A DNA stretch of 64,000 nucleotides from Pyrinomonadales bacterium. Its GTDB lineage: Bacteria; Acidobacteriota; Blastocatellia; Pyrinomonadales; Pyrinomonadaceae. The stretch is taken from positions 8,637 through 72,636 of the forward strand of contig JBBSJK010000004.1 in assembly GCA_038257355.1 (NCBI GenBank), written 5' to 3'. This document shows positions 29,414 to 38,721 of the stretch, piece by piece. The notes beneath the pieces are model-generated. The model did no database searches. It saw only the letters and a list, made by a program, of their open reading frames with translations, and was not told the origin of the DNA. Made by a program: the position numbers and the translations under genes. Every line of letters begins with the position of its first letter. Within the stretch, counting starts at the first letter, position 1.

Positions 29414-29448
29414 GAGAGGTCATGCCAAAATTTCGCGCTTACTAAAAA

Positions 29449-30228
29449 TCATTCCTTCAAAAATCTATCAGTAGCAATATCAGGCGTAAAACCATCAAGA
29501 TTGAGCCGGGTCATCCCGCCCGCGTCTGTATATGTTGTCATTTTTGAGCGTTTACCAACCCGCAGGTAGAAAAAGAAATAACCTGCGACAATACCTGCGA
29601 AGATCGAGAAAACGACTCCGCCGACAATCACCATAAGCGTGGACATAAAAATGTCAGCCGTAGTAAGGACAAATGCCCTCTCGGCGCTAATTAGAAAGGG
29701 GTTTTTGCCTAGCCACACGATGTCCTTTTCATATTTGACCTGATCGATTAGCAGGTTTGCGGAAGATCTGTCTGTCGCATCGAAAACGACGACATTGTAA
29801 TTGCCGATTCGACGATAAAAGGTGTTGCCGTCATCGCTTTCGGCAATCGCGGCGGTAATCTTTTCGTCGGCATCGACTGATCCCTGCGGACTTGTATATT
29901 CGATTATTAGAAGCTTACCGGCGTCGTATGGGGCTGTAACTGCCTCAGTGCCCGGGATGAAATCTATTAGATCAATAATCGGCCTTTCGCCAAGAGCTGA
30001 TTTTAGTTCGGGTGCGCTGGTCGCAAAAGTGGTTCTGTCACGAAGATTTTCCCAATCTGGTAAGTGTTTTATTAGAACCGGTATCCCGTCAATTTCCGAT
30101 ACCTCCTGACTTTTGTATGGTATCGAACCGACATTTTGGCCCAGTGAGAATAGGCTGATGATGCACGTTAGAAATAACGCGGAGAAGGATTTTCTTAATA
30201 AAAATATTTTGGACAATTGTAAAACCAT
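29449..30228 (-). CDS. Hypothetical exported protein with a C-terminal TM anchor
   Basis: N-terminal hydrophobic signal and a C-terminal 'LMVIVGGVVFSIFAGIVAGYFFFYL'. No recognised domain. Confidence 0.6.
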   Translation of the reverse strand: MVLQLSKIFLLRKSFSALFLTCIISLFSLGQNVGSIPYKSQEVSEIDGIPVLIKHLPDWENLRDRTTFATSAPELKSALGERPIIDLIDFIPGTEAVTAPYDAGKLLIIEYTSPQGSVDADEKITAAIAESDDGNTFYRRIGNYNVVVFDATDRSSANLLIDQVKYEKDIVWLGKNPFLISAERAFVLTTADIFMSTLMVIVGGVVFSIFAGIVAGYFFFYLRVGKRSKMTTYTDAGGMTRLNLDGFTPDIATDRFLKE

Positions 30229-30410
30229 TAGTCATTTTACGAACAGTTGTCTTCAGGTGTAAATATTAGCATTCTTTGCTTGAGAGGATAGCGAAAAAAG
30301 ACGCGGATAACACTACACCAAAACGTGTACTACCTGACGCACTCGTGATACGCATAACTACGCATCTACTTTTGGATGAAGATCGAATACAAGAATATGC
30401 CCGAGAAAGT

Positions 30411-30434
30411 TGAACAAATTATAAGTTTGGGCGT
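30411..30434 (+). promoter_or_regulatory. Candidate ECF-type promoter upstream of the ECF sigma gene
   Basis: 'tGAAC'-N16-'CGT' (GAAC 30412-30415, CGT 30432-30434), about 75 nt upstream of the ATG. This matches the generic ECF -35/-10 pattern. Confidence 0.3.
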
Positions 30435-30509
30435 GATATAGCTAATTATCAACCATATCAATCTGTTTGGCACGGCAATTGAAAGGTATATAAGCGAGGG
30501 GGGAATACA

Positions 30510-31181
30510 ATGACAACAGATACATTAAATTTTCCGGTTTTTCACAGCGAACAAGGTGTGAATACTGACGAAGTGAGCTTTAATAATTCGACTGCAATAG
30601 TCGATTTAACCAAGGCTAAGGATTTAGACCTGACCAAGGTCGCCGCTCAAGGTGATATGGCAGCATTTGAGGAAATTTATAACCGCCACCATCGGCGTGT
30701 GTACTCAATTTGTCTCAGAATGCTGCAACGCCCGACAGAGGCCGAAGACCTTACGCAGGACGTATTTATACAGCTTTATCGAAAGATCGGTAGTTTCCGC
30801 GGCGACTCGGCATTTACTACTTGGCTTCACCGGATGACCGTAAATCAAGTTTTAATGCATTTTCGCAAGCGAACTGTGAAATACGAAAAGACGACTGAGG
30901 AAGGTGAAACGCCGGTACAAATGGTCGCCGGAACAGCAAACCCAGAACGCATGAGGATCGTCGACAAGATCGCTCTCGATAACGCAATCGAACAGTTGCC
31001 ACCTGGATACAAGAACGTTTTTGTTCTACACGATGTCGAAGGTTTCGAACACGAAGAGGTCGCCCGCATCCTGGGCTGCTCCGTCGGAACATCGAAATCA
31101 CAGCTTCATAAAGCAAGACTTAAATTGCAGAAGCTGCTCAAAAAGAAAGCAAATCCGAGAATGATCGGTGTAAGCATCTAA
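30510..31181 (+). CDS. ECF-type RNA polymerase sigma-70 family factor
   Basis: Region 2 '[11 protein letters not shown]...[13 protein letters not shown]', region 4 '[22 protein letters not shown]'. It carries a ~45-aa N-terminal extension. Confidence 0.9.
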   Translation: MTTDTLNFPVFHSEQGVNTDEVSFNNSTAIVDLTKAKDLDLTKVAAQGDMAAFEEIYNRHHRRVYSICLRMLQRPTEAEDLTQDVFIQLYRKIGSFRGDSAFTTWLHRMTVNQVLMHFRKRTVKYEKTTEEGETPVQMVAGTANPERMRIVDKIALDNAIEQLPPGYKNVFVLHDVEGFEHEEVARILGCSVGTSKSQLHKARLKLQKLLKKKANPRMIGVSI

Positions 31182-31205
31182 CTTTTACAGGATCATACTA
31201 AGTAT

Positions 31206-31238
31206 GGGCCGTTCCACTCCGAGCGGCCTCTTTTTTTT
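31206..31238 (+). terminator. Rho-independent terminator after the ECF sigma gene
   Basis: 'gggccgttccactccgagcggcctc' followed by 'tttttttt'. Confidence 0.6.
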
Positions 31239-31300
31239 GTTCGTTTTCATGGGGTTTCAGTGTAAAATTAGGGCAAGAAAAAGGGGATTTAGCCGCAGGA

Positions 31301-31353
31301 TAAACAGATAACGCAGATCAGAAAGTATCAGTCTGATTTGCGTTATCTGTTTA
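31301..31353. repeat. Near-perfect 21-bp inverted repeat ('taaacagataacgcagatcag' family) between convergent genes
   Basis: Left arm 31301-31321, right arm 31333-31353, one mismatch. Confidence 0.6.
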
Positions 31354-31374
31354 TTCTATGGCTAATCGGTCAAT

Positions 31375-31770
31375 TTAGTAAGCCTTTGCACCGGCCTCCG
31401 CCACGGCGTGGTCCTGTTCGCCGCTGCCGCCGGAGACGCCGATCGATCCGACTACTTTTTTGCCTTTCTTGATCGGGATGCCGCCGGCGAAGATCATGAC
31501 CTTGCCGCCGTTTGAGACGTTAATGCCGAAAAACTGATCACCTGACTGGCTGTGCCCGGCGAGGTCCTTGGTAGCGATATCGAATGCCCGCGATGTCCAT
31601 GCCTTTTTGATCGAGATATCAATGCTCCCGATCCAGGCATTGTCCATACGAACGTGTGCGACTAAATTCCCGCCTGCATCAGCGACCGCAATGTTCATCG
31701 GCTGTCCGATGTCGGCTGCTTTTTTCTCAGCACCAGCTATGATTCTTCGAGCATCTTCTAGTGTAATCAT
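31375..31770 (-). CDS. GlcG/HbpS-family heme-binding protein (DUF336)
   Basis: 'AVADAGGNLVAHVRMD', 'SIDISIKKAWTSRAF' and 'GGIPI...GSIGVSGGSGEQD'. Confidence 0.85.
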   Translation of the reverse strand: MITLEDARRIIAGAEKKAADIGQPMNIAVADAGGNLVAHVRMDNAWIGSIDISIKKAWTSRAFDIATKDLAGHSQSGDQFFGINVSNGGKVMIFAGGIPIKKGKKVVGSIGVSGGSGEQDHAVAEAGAKAY

Positions 31771-31782
31771 ATTATTCTCCCC

Positions 31783-32976
31783 TTAATCGTATTTTTCTAA
31801 TTGAATTGATTCGACAATCTTAATATCTCGGCGTGCAAGTTCCGCGACAAATTTCTCCGGATTGATCGCTTTCTCCTGCGGGGTTGCTCCGCGTGTAATT
31901 ACATCGCCGCTGCCCATCATTTGGGCGATTATTGAGGCCGGAAACGCGGTGGTTCGCATCATGGCGGACATTCCGGTTTTTTCGTCAAGTTTGTCGACAA
32001 TGTCATAGCGGAGACGATCTGGACTCGCGAGGGGCACACTTCCTACCAGTCGTTTTTCGACCTTTAATTTACCTACAAAATCCAACCTTACGAGAACGTA
32101 GTCAGGTCCGTCGGCGGGCAGATGTTTTTGCAGCAGTTCGCCGAATACCTTGCGCGGCTTAACTTTCTGAAAATCGACAACCATTTCCTCACTTGTACAA
32201 AGTCCGAGGTCGATCATCGTCTTAAATTTATCGCAGTGCCCGGCGTAGCGGATCGTTTTATAATCAAGCTCCCTAATATTGCCGAGAAACGTGTCCGGCA
32301 GCGTCGAAGTTCCGCCGCTGGTCTGAAATGCCTCGAGCGGTGGAAATCCGTCGAACGACAAACTTTCAAGCTCAGTCATTGAGTCGACCTCGACGATCTT
32401 GCCATCACGGATCACGCGAGCAACCTCGATGTATTCATTTATCAACCCTTCGACCGAAAAGACAAGCTGGTATTCGAGCGGCGGCTGCGGATCCTGCGGC
32501 AGGCCGCCAACGCGGATGTGGATCTCGTCAATAGAATCAAAACGTGCCGCCCCGTGCATTGCCAGAATGGAGACCATTCCCGGAGCGAGGCCGCAATCGG
32601 GAATAATGTTTATTCCCGCTGTCTTCGCCTCCGTGTCGAGAGCGAGTTGCTCGTCAACAATATAGTTATTGCCGCCAAGGTCGCAAAAATTTGTAGCCGT
32701 CTCGATTGCCGCCTTTGATAATGAGACATTGTGCCAGTAGTTGACGCACGAAATTACAGAATCGTGTCCGCTCATCAGAGCGACGACATCTGAGTAATTT
32801 GCTGCATCTATTTGCCGAGCATCGACACGCGAAGTGCCAACGGCCTGTGCAACCGCCTCGGCTTTTACCAATTCAAAATCTGCGACCGTCACTTGTTCGA
32901 CACACGGTGAATTGTGTATCAAATCAAAAACAGCGCCGTGTCCCATCCGTCCGGCGCCGAGTACTAAAATCTTCAT
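31783..32976 (-). CDS. Saccharopine dehydrogenase family oxidoreductase
   Basis: 'MKILVLGAGRMG' Rossmann fold plus a saccharopine-dehydrogenase-like C-terminal domain. There is a 12-nt gap to glcG. Confidence 0.8.
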   Translation of the reverse strand: MKILVLGAGRMGHGAVFDLIHNSPCVEQVTVADFELVKAEAVAQAVGTSRVDARQIDAANYSDVVALMSGHDSVISCVNYWHNVSLSKAAIETATNFCDLGGNNYIVDEQLALDTEAKTAGINIIPDCGLAPGMVSILAMHGAARFDSIDEIHIRVGGLPQDPQPPLEYQLVFSVEGLINEYIEVARVIRDGKIVEVDSMTELESLSFDGFPPLEAFQTSGGTSTLPDTFLGNIRELDYKTIRYAGHCDKFKTMIDLGLCTSEEMVVDFQKVKPRKVFGELLQKHLPADGPDYVLVRLDFVGKLKVEKRLVGSVPLASPDRLRYDIVDKLDEKTGMSAMMRTTAFPASIIAQMMGSGDVITRGATPQEKAINPEKFVAELARRDIKIVESIQLEKYD

Positions 32977-33058
32977 GTTTATTTTTTATGTGAATTGGGC
33001 TTAAAGCAAACCGCTGTCAATTTGCGAAAGTCACCATCAACTGTACCGCCATTAATTT

Positions 33059-33424
33059 CTACCAGTCATCCAATGCCTCAGGCTCCTGAGAGGCGATGGT
33101 CTCGCATGCGACTTCCCAAACCTTTTTTTTCCACTCGCGCAGATTTTCGGTCAGGTGGAGGGCAACTTGAGGATGAGAGGCGTTGCGTTCGAGACGTATC
33201 ACCTCGGCGGTGACGGAAATTTCATCTTCCGGATTTTCGGTCACGGTCAGATAAACTTTGCCGCCAACCAGCGGCAATAGTCGCGGCAGATAGATAAGTG
33301 TGCCATGCGGACCGACGTTGTCGGTCAGTCCCTCCTGAATTACCTCTTTGCCCTGTTCGTCTTTCCACCTGACACGGATCGGAAATGAGATCACATGCCG
33401 TGCACCCTGGCGTCTTTCCCGCAT
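33059..33424 (-). CDS. PilZ domain protein
   Basis: 121 aa with 'RERRQGARH' (RxxxR) and 'DNVGPHG' (D/NxSxxG-like). Confidence 0.7.
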   Translation of the reverse strand: MRERRQGARHVISFPIRVRWKDEQGKEVIQEGLTDNVGPHGTLIYLPRLLPLVGGKVYLTVTENPEDEISVTAEVIRLERNASHPQVALHLTENLREWKKKVWEVACETIASQEPEALDDW

Positions 33425-33751
33425 AAGTTACCCCCTTTATTATCATCGGGATCTGCTGCCCGAAAACTGATAGACATACACTGAAATTTGCTTCTCAATT
33501 CTATCAAAATCGAGAATATTTGACACGCTTAAGCGCCTTAGGATCCAACAATTGCATATATCATAAGGGCTTGCGGTCTTTTGCGGGTGGACAAGCCTTG
33601 CGAAAACTGCTAACCTCATAAAATGTTTCGACCCGCAGGGCACGAAAACAGGCGGAAATAAATCCCCCGAAACAGTCTTCGTTATACGCGAATAGTGGCT
33701 GATGACCAAAATCTCAGACGCTATTTTTACGTTTAAATGAAGTCGTAAAAC

Positions 33752-34312
33752 ATGGAGACACGATTAATGAAAAATCTCTTTAGAGGAGTAGCGATTATGT
33801 CGCTTTTCAGCTTTTGCGTGGTATTTATCTACGCTCAAGCGAAGACAGAACCCGCTCTCGCTACAGCGATCAATTCGCAACCTATAATTTTAAATAATAT
33901 TACTGATAACGTTTTAATAGAAGCTTCAATAAAATCTTCAATACAAGCTACAATAGAAACCCAAGATAATAAGAAGAAGATAGATGACAAGAAAAAGTTG
34001 GTGAAAACAACCGCTTCAGTAAAATCATCTGGATCCGGTGCTAGCCGCGGAGCATACTCCGCAACTGCATATTGCCTTTCGGGAAGAACAGCTATGGGTC
34101 ACGGCGTCCGCCGCGGGATCATCGCCGCCGATCCGAGAGTGTTAAAGCTGGGTTCTAAGATCACTATCAAGGCAGGCCCGTATAGCGGAACTTATTTAGT
34201 TTCAGATACAGGTGGAGTAATCAAAGGCAAGAAACTTGATATTTGGATGCCTAGCTGTACCGAAGCCCGACGATTTGGGCGAAGGTCGGTTCAGGTTTTT
34301 TCTGAAAATTAA
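33752..34312 (+). CDS. 3D domain-containing exported protein (MltA/RlpA-like fold)
   Basis: C-terminal 'YSATAYCLSGRTAMGHGVRRGIIAADPRVLKLGSKI...VSDTGGVIKGKKLDIW'. An alternative ATG lies at 33767. Confidence 0.8.
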   Translation: METRLMKNLFRGVAIMSLFSFCVVFIYAQAKTEPALATAINSQPIILNNITDNVLIEASIKSSIQATIETQDNKKKIDDKKKLVKTTASVKSSGSGASRGAYSATAYCLSGRTAMGHGVRRGIIAADPRVLKLGSKITIKAGPYSGTYLVSDTGGVIKGKKLDIWMPSCTEARRFGRRSVQVFSEN

Positions 34313-34340
34313 TACATACAATTTAATATAAAATGAAAAA

Positions 34341-34368
34341 ATGCCCTGGGAGATCAGGGCATTTTTTC
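34341..34368. terminator. Bidirectional rho-independent terminator
   Basis: 'aaaaa atgccctg ggagat cagggcat ttttt'. Confidence 0.7.
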
Positions 34369-34447
34369 ATTCCTTGCCACAGTAGAAGTCAACTTTTCGC
34401 ACACTCCACGCATCTATTTTGTAGTCTATAAGGATTCTGGTGAAAAG

Positions 34448-35257
34448 ATGAAAAAACTGCTCTCATTTATTTTTGTTGTGTTTGGCTTATCGTCTGCTGT
34501 TTTTGGCCAGACAGATACGGGCGTTATTAAAAAAGAGTTGACTGCCACAGAAATAGACCGGATAGTCAAGAAGGTTACTGAGAACGAGAGAGATTTTCGC
34601 GAGGCCCTGGCGGGTTACGCTTTTCGCCGCTACGCTAATGTTAATACTATCGGTATGGGCGGCCAGATCTCAGGGACATTTCGACGCGACTCATTTATGA
34701 CATTAAGAGCGGACGGAACCAGGTTTGAAAAGATACTGTTTGCACCGATGCCAACAACTTACCCCGGGTTTATTTCGCCGGAAGATCTGGAAGATTTGGG
34801 GGGCGTCAGCCCGTTTGCAATCGACCCTTCAATGGCGTCACAATACAGGTTTACATATGTCGGCGTCGAAAAGATTGACGAGCTTACCCTATATGTTTTT
34901 GATGTCACGCCAAAGGTGATGCCCGATCCGGATAAGACCAAACAGCGATACTTTACCGGCCGTATCTGGGTGGATGTAGATGATTTAATGATCGTAAAAT
35001 CTAAAGGCAAGGCTTTGCCTGAGACCAAGAAAAACAAGTTTCCCGTTGTCGAGACTACGCGCTCACAAATTGACGGTAAATATTGGTTCCCATCAGATGC
35101 CCGTTCGGACGACGAACTCGTCTTTGATAACGGCACTGTGACCAAAATCAGAATGCGTGTCAGATATGTAGACTATACAGTCGGACGAACCGAGGTTCGC
35201 ATTCTGGACGATGACGAGCCAACTCCAACTCCAACTCCAACTCCTATAAAGCCTTAA
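34448..35257 (+). CDS. Exported hypothetical protein (LolA-like / outer-membrane lipoprotein-sorting-like guess) with a (PT)n tail
   Basis: Signal peptide '...AVFGQT' and C-terminal 'PTPTPTPTP'. The fold assignment is only an impression. Confidence 0.5.
   Translation: MKKLLSFIFVVFGLSSAVFGQTDTGVIKKELTATEIDRIVKKVTENERDFREALAGYAFRRYANVNTIGMGGQISGTFRRDSFMTLRADGTRFEKILFAPMPTTYPGFISPEDLEDLGGVSPFAIDPSMASQYRFTYVGVEKIDELTLYVFDVTPKVMPDPDKTKQRYFTGRIWVDVDDLMIVKSKGKALPETKKNKFPVVETTRSQIDGKYWFPSDARSDDELVFDNGTVTKIRMRVRYVDYTVGRTEVRILDDDEPTPTPTPTPIKP
35219..35242 (+). repeat. (CCAACT)x4 in-frame hexanucleotide repeat
   Basis: Read directly. It encodes PTPTPTPT at the C-terminus of the 34448-35257 CDS. Confidence 0.9.
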
Positions 35258-35325
35258 AGTTGAGATAAGGGATTTCGTTAGATAGTTTAGCCACTTACCT
35301 GTAATTAGGTTTGATTTATAGCTAA

Positions 35326-36111
35326 TTACTTTAGTGCATTAGCTATCACAAAGCGCGTCTCTCTAAGCAGACTCATTACATCATCGGCGGTCTTATCTGT
35401 CGTGTTGATTGGCGGGAGTAAAATCATTTCGATCTCGCCGGGATATGCGACACCTGTCCGTTTGCCCATCATCCAGTCTGTGTTTTTAATCGCGACCGGC
35501 ACTATCGCCGATCCAGTTTGTAGGGCGAGGTGAAATGCTCCTTTCTTAAATGGCAGCAGCTCGCCCGGCATCGCACGCGTACCTTCGACGAATACGCCAA
35601 ATGAATATCCGTCAGACATTACATTGCGTGCCCTATTCATGGATGCGACAGCCCGCTCCTGGTTGCTGCGGTCAATGGCTATTATGTTGACAAAACTCAT
35701 TCCCTGACCAAAAATGGGTGCTTTTAGTAATTCTTTTTTGGCGACAAGTCCCATCTTGCTCCCGGCATAGAAAAATAGTGTAGCTGTGTCGAGATATGAA
35801 CGATGGTTTGAGGCAAAGACGTAGCTTTTATCGGGATCGATATTTTCACGTCCGGTCACTTTCACTTTCGCCCCGCAAGCCCAAAGCCATGTTTTTGCTC
35901 CCCATTGGGCAAGGGGATAAAGCCAGATGCGGCGGTTGATGATCCAGAGCAAGATAAGTGCGGGCGTTGCCACAAACAATATAAGCGAACCGGCGACAAG
36001 CCAACTCCACCAGTAGCGAAGTTTCCCACGCCAATGCGATTTGTTAGACTTTGGAACAGGAAACGTCAGCTTTTGATTTTGCTCGATAGCCTCAAGCGAA
36101 GAGTCCGCCAT
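35326..36111 (-). CDS. plsC: 1-acyl-sn-glycerol-3-phosphate acyltransferase
   Basis: 'NHRSYLD' (HX4D) and 'FVEGTR' motifs, with an N-terminal TM. Confidence 0.85.
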   Translation of the reverse strand: MADSSLEAIEQNQKLTFPVPKSNKSHWRGKLRYWWSWLVAGSLILFVATPALILLWIINRRIWLYPLAQWGAKTWLWACGAKVKVTGRENIDPDKSYVFASNHRSYLDTATLFFYAGSKMGLVAKKELLKAPIFGQGMSFVNIIAIDRSNQERAVASMNRARNVMSDGYSFGVFVEGTRAMPGELLPFKKGAFHLALQTGSAIVPVAIKNTDWMMGKRTGVAYPGEIEMILLPPINTTDKTADDVMSLLRETRFVIANALK

Positions 36112-36200
36112 AGTTTACTTTACCGCCGAGATGCGGACATGCAGAGATATAAACACAACAGATTATGCGCACTTTAACTCATTTTAGTAAATCCGACCGT

Positions 36201-38588
36201 ATGAAAATATTTTTTGTACTTTCCGCATCTCTGCGTTTCGTAGGTGTAATCGTGCTTGCCGCCGTCGCTGTCTCGGCACAGGTTCCAAGTCCGAGATCGG
36301 TTTTAGGCTTTAACCCAACCGACGACAAGACTATTGCCGACTGGGGCCAGATCACAGATTACTTTGCAAAGCTCGATAAGGCCAGCAACAAGGTAGCCGT
36401 TCGCGAGATCGGCAAAACTACGAACGGCAAACCCCTAATCACTGCCTTTATTTCCTCAGCGGGCAATATCAGGAATCTCGAAAAGTATCGCCAAATATCG
36501 GCAAAACTCGCCGATCCGCGAACCATAAAAAGCGAGTCCGAACTTGCCGATCTCATAAAAAATGGCAAGACAATCGTTACTATATCGTGCTCAATACACT
36601 CGACCGAGATTGTTGCCTCGCAGATGTCGATGAATCTGGCATATGAACTTGCCACTGCGACCGACAACGAAACAAAGGAAATACTCGATAACACCATCCT
36701 TTTGCTGATTCCGGCGGCAAATCCCGATGGCATCGATATCGTCGCCGACTGGTATCGTAAAACGCTAGGAACAAAGAGCGAGGGAACTGCGCCGCCTGAG
36801 CTTTATCATCATTATGCGGGTCACGACAACAACCGCGACTGGTTTATGCTCAATCTCGCCGAGACACAGGCGATCACAAAACTCTATTGGCAGCAATGGT
36901 TTCCGCAGTTTGTTTTCGACGTTCACCAGCAAGGCCGGACAGGATCACGCTTTACGATCCCGCCATTTTTTGATCCGCCAAATCCGCGTATTCCGCCCTC
37001 TCTACTGCGCGAAGTCGGGCTTATAGGCTACAAAATGGCGGCCGATCTGCAATCAAAAAATCTCGCGGGCGTCGCGACCAATGCTAGCTATGACACCTGG
37101 TGGCACGGCGGTTTTCGGTCTGCGCCGTATTATCACAACTCAATCGGCATTTTATCTGAGGCGGCCAGCGCGAGTTTGATGTCACCGACAACGGTTACGG
37201 TTGACGAGTTAAAGAGAAATCGGGCCGCCCGCGGTCTTGCCTCGGTCCTCGAATCGGCAACCAATTTCCCAGACACATGGAAGGGCGGCCTGTGGCGGCC
37301 TGCCGATATAGCCGAGCTCGAAATGATTGCATCGCGAAGTTTACTTCAGATGGCGGCAAAATTTCGCCCGCGATACCTCCGCAATTTTTACGAGATGGGC
37401 CGTGCCAATCTCGCTCCGGTCGCCGACGAGCCGGTCGCCTTCATAGTTCCCGCCGGACAGCCCAATGCTGGTTCCGTCTCACGGTTTCTCGAAATATTGA
37501 TGACCCAGGGAATGGAAGTACATCAGATGACGCAGGAGCTTTACGTAAAGCACGAGAAAGATCTTGTCGATTTTCACGAAATTCCCCTCGGTAGCTTTCT
37601 GGTTTTTGTAAATCAGCCTCAAAAGAACAACGTTTTAAGCCTGTTTGAGAAACAGGTTTATCCCGACCGCCGAAATGCTAATGGCGAGGCCGAGGTGCCG
37701 TACGATGTCGCGGGTTGGACGCTGCCGCTGCAGATGGGCATCGAGTACGAGACGATCTGGCAGATCCGAGATATGGAAAAAGATCGCCTGACACTAAAGC
37801 CCGTCGCAAATATCAATCAGGCCCGAGCGGTTATGAACCTCGACGCGCAAGCTGCACCATTTGCCAAATTGCCAAATCCGCTAAAGACGAATCCACGTAT
37901 TGGACTATATAAAGGATTTCCCGGTTCGATGGACGAGGGCTGGACGCGGCTCGTCCTCGATAACTTTCAGATCCCATATCGCGCGATCACGGACAAAGAT
38001 ATTAGAGCCGGAAATCTCGATGTGGACGTTCTTATTTTGCCGGCCGACAGCGAAAATTACATCGTTCGTGGTCTGAGCGCCGAGCGATATCCCGCCGAGT
38101 TCACCGGCGGCATCGGCGAACCCGGCGTCGACAATCTTAAAAAATTTGTCACAAACGGCGGTAAGCTGATCTGTTTTGAAGATTCGTGCGAAATGGTCAT
38201 CAAGCGTTTTAATCTGCCAATGAAAAACGTGCTCACCGGTCTCAATCGTAGCGAATTTTACAATCCAGGCTCAATCGTAAATCTCGAAGTGAATAAAGAT
38301 CAGCATCTGGCCCGCGGGTTGCGCGAGGAAACCGCGGCGTATTTTATAAACAGCTCGGCATTTGACGTAATCGACGACGCGAAGGTCACAACGGTCGCCA
38401 AATACGCCGTCAAAAATGCGCTGCTCTCCGGCTGGATGCTCGGCGAAAAATTTGTCAACGGCAAGACCGCTCTCGCCGAAACGAGCTACGGTAAAGGCAA
38501 GATCGTGCTGTTTGCGTTCCGGCCGCAACACCGAGGGCAAAGCTGGGCGACCTTTCCGTTTGTGTTTAATGCTCTGGAAAATGACTAA
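36201..38588 (+). CDS. M14 family zinc carboxypeptidase-like exported protein with a large C-terminal domain
   Basis: Signal '...AVSAQV', 'HSTE' (HxxE Zn site) and 'HHYAGHDNNRDW'. The ATG at 36201 is preferred over 36165. Confidence 0.8.
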   Translation: MKIFFVLSASLRFVGVIVLAAVAVSAQVPSPRSVLGFNPTDDKTIADWGQITDYFAKLDKASNKVAVREIGKTTNGKPLITAFISSAGNIRNLEKYRQISAKLADPRTIKSESELADLIKNGKTIVTISCSIHSTEIVASQMSMNLAYELATATDNETKEILDNTILLLIPAANPDGIDIVADWYRKTLGTKSEGTAPPELYHHYAGHDNNRDWFMLNLAETQAITKLYWQQWFPQFVFDVHQQGRTGSRFTIPPFFDPPNPRIPPSLLREVGLIGYKMAADLQSKNLAGVATNASYDTWWHGGFRSAPYYHNSIGILSEAASASLMSPTTVTVDELKRNRAARGLASVLESATNFPDTWKGGLWRPADIAELEMIASRSLLQMAAKFRPRYLRNFYEMGRANLAPVADEPVAFIVPAGQPNAGSVSRFLEILMTQGMEVHQMTQELYVKHEKDLVDFHEIPLGSFLVFVNQPQKNNVLSLFEKQVYPDRRNANGEAEVPYDVAGWTLPLQMGIEYETIWQIRDMEKDRLTLKPVANINQARAVMNLDAQAAPFAKLPNPLKTNPRIGLYKGFPGSMDEGWTRLVLDNFQIPYRAITDKDIRAGNLDVDVLILPADSENYIVRGLSAERYPAEFTGGIGEPGVDNLKKFVTNGGKLICFEDSCEMVIKRFNLPMKNVLTGLNRSEFYNPGSIVNLEVNKDQHLARGLREETAAYFINSSAFDVIDDAKVTTVAKYAVKNALLSGWMLGEKFVNGKTALAETSYGKGKIVLFAFRPQHRGQSWATFPFVFNALEND

Positions 38589-38721
38589 CCGGCTTTTACG
38601 ACTGCAATGAAATTTTAATACTAAAATAAGCCGACAATATGCTGCCACCGGCCTAATTAAAGCCTTTTTCAAAGTAATAACAAAGCTAACATTTTTCGGT
38701 GTTTTCATTTATTATTAGTTA

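Noticed and set aside
30469-30484. Sigma-54-like 'tggcacggcaattga' just upstream of the ECF sigma gene
   Set aside because: The -12 GC dinucleotide is replaced (TTGA). The ECF-type GAAC-N16-CGT motif further upstream is a better candidate.
33520-33680. Possible ydaO/c-di-AMP riboswitch upstream of the 3D-domain cell-wall gene
   Set aside because: 'cgcttaagc' and 'ctgctaacctcataa' resemble the 5' and 3' conserved words of ydaO. However, the GGGG(A)CCCA and GGGGUGAAUCC cores are missing, the closing P1 complement 'taagcg' is missing, and the 'cccgaa' word is in the wrong order. An Infernal scan would settle it.
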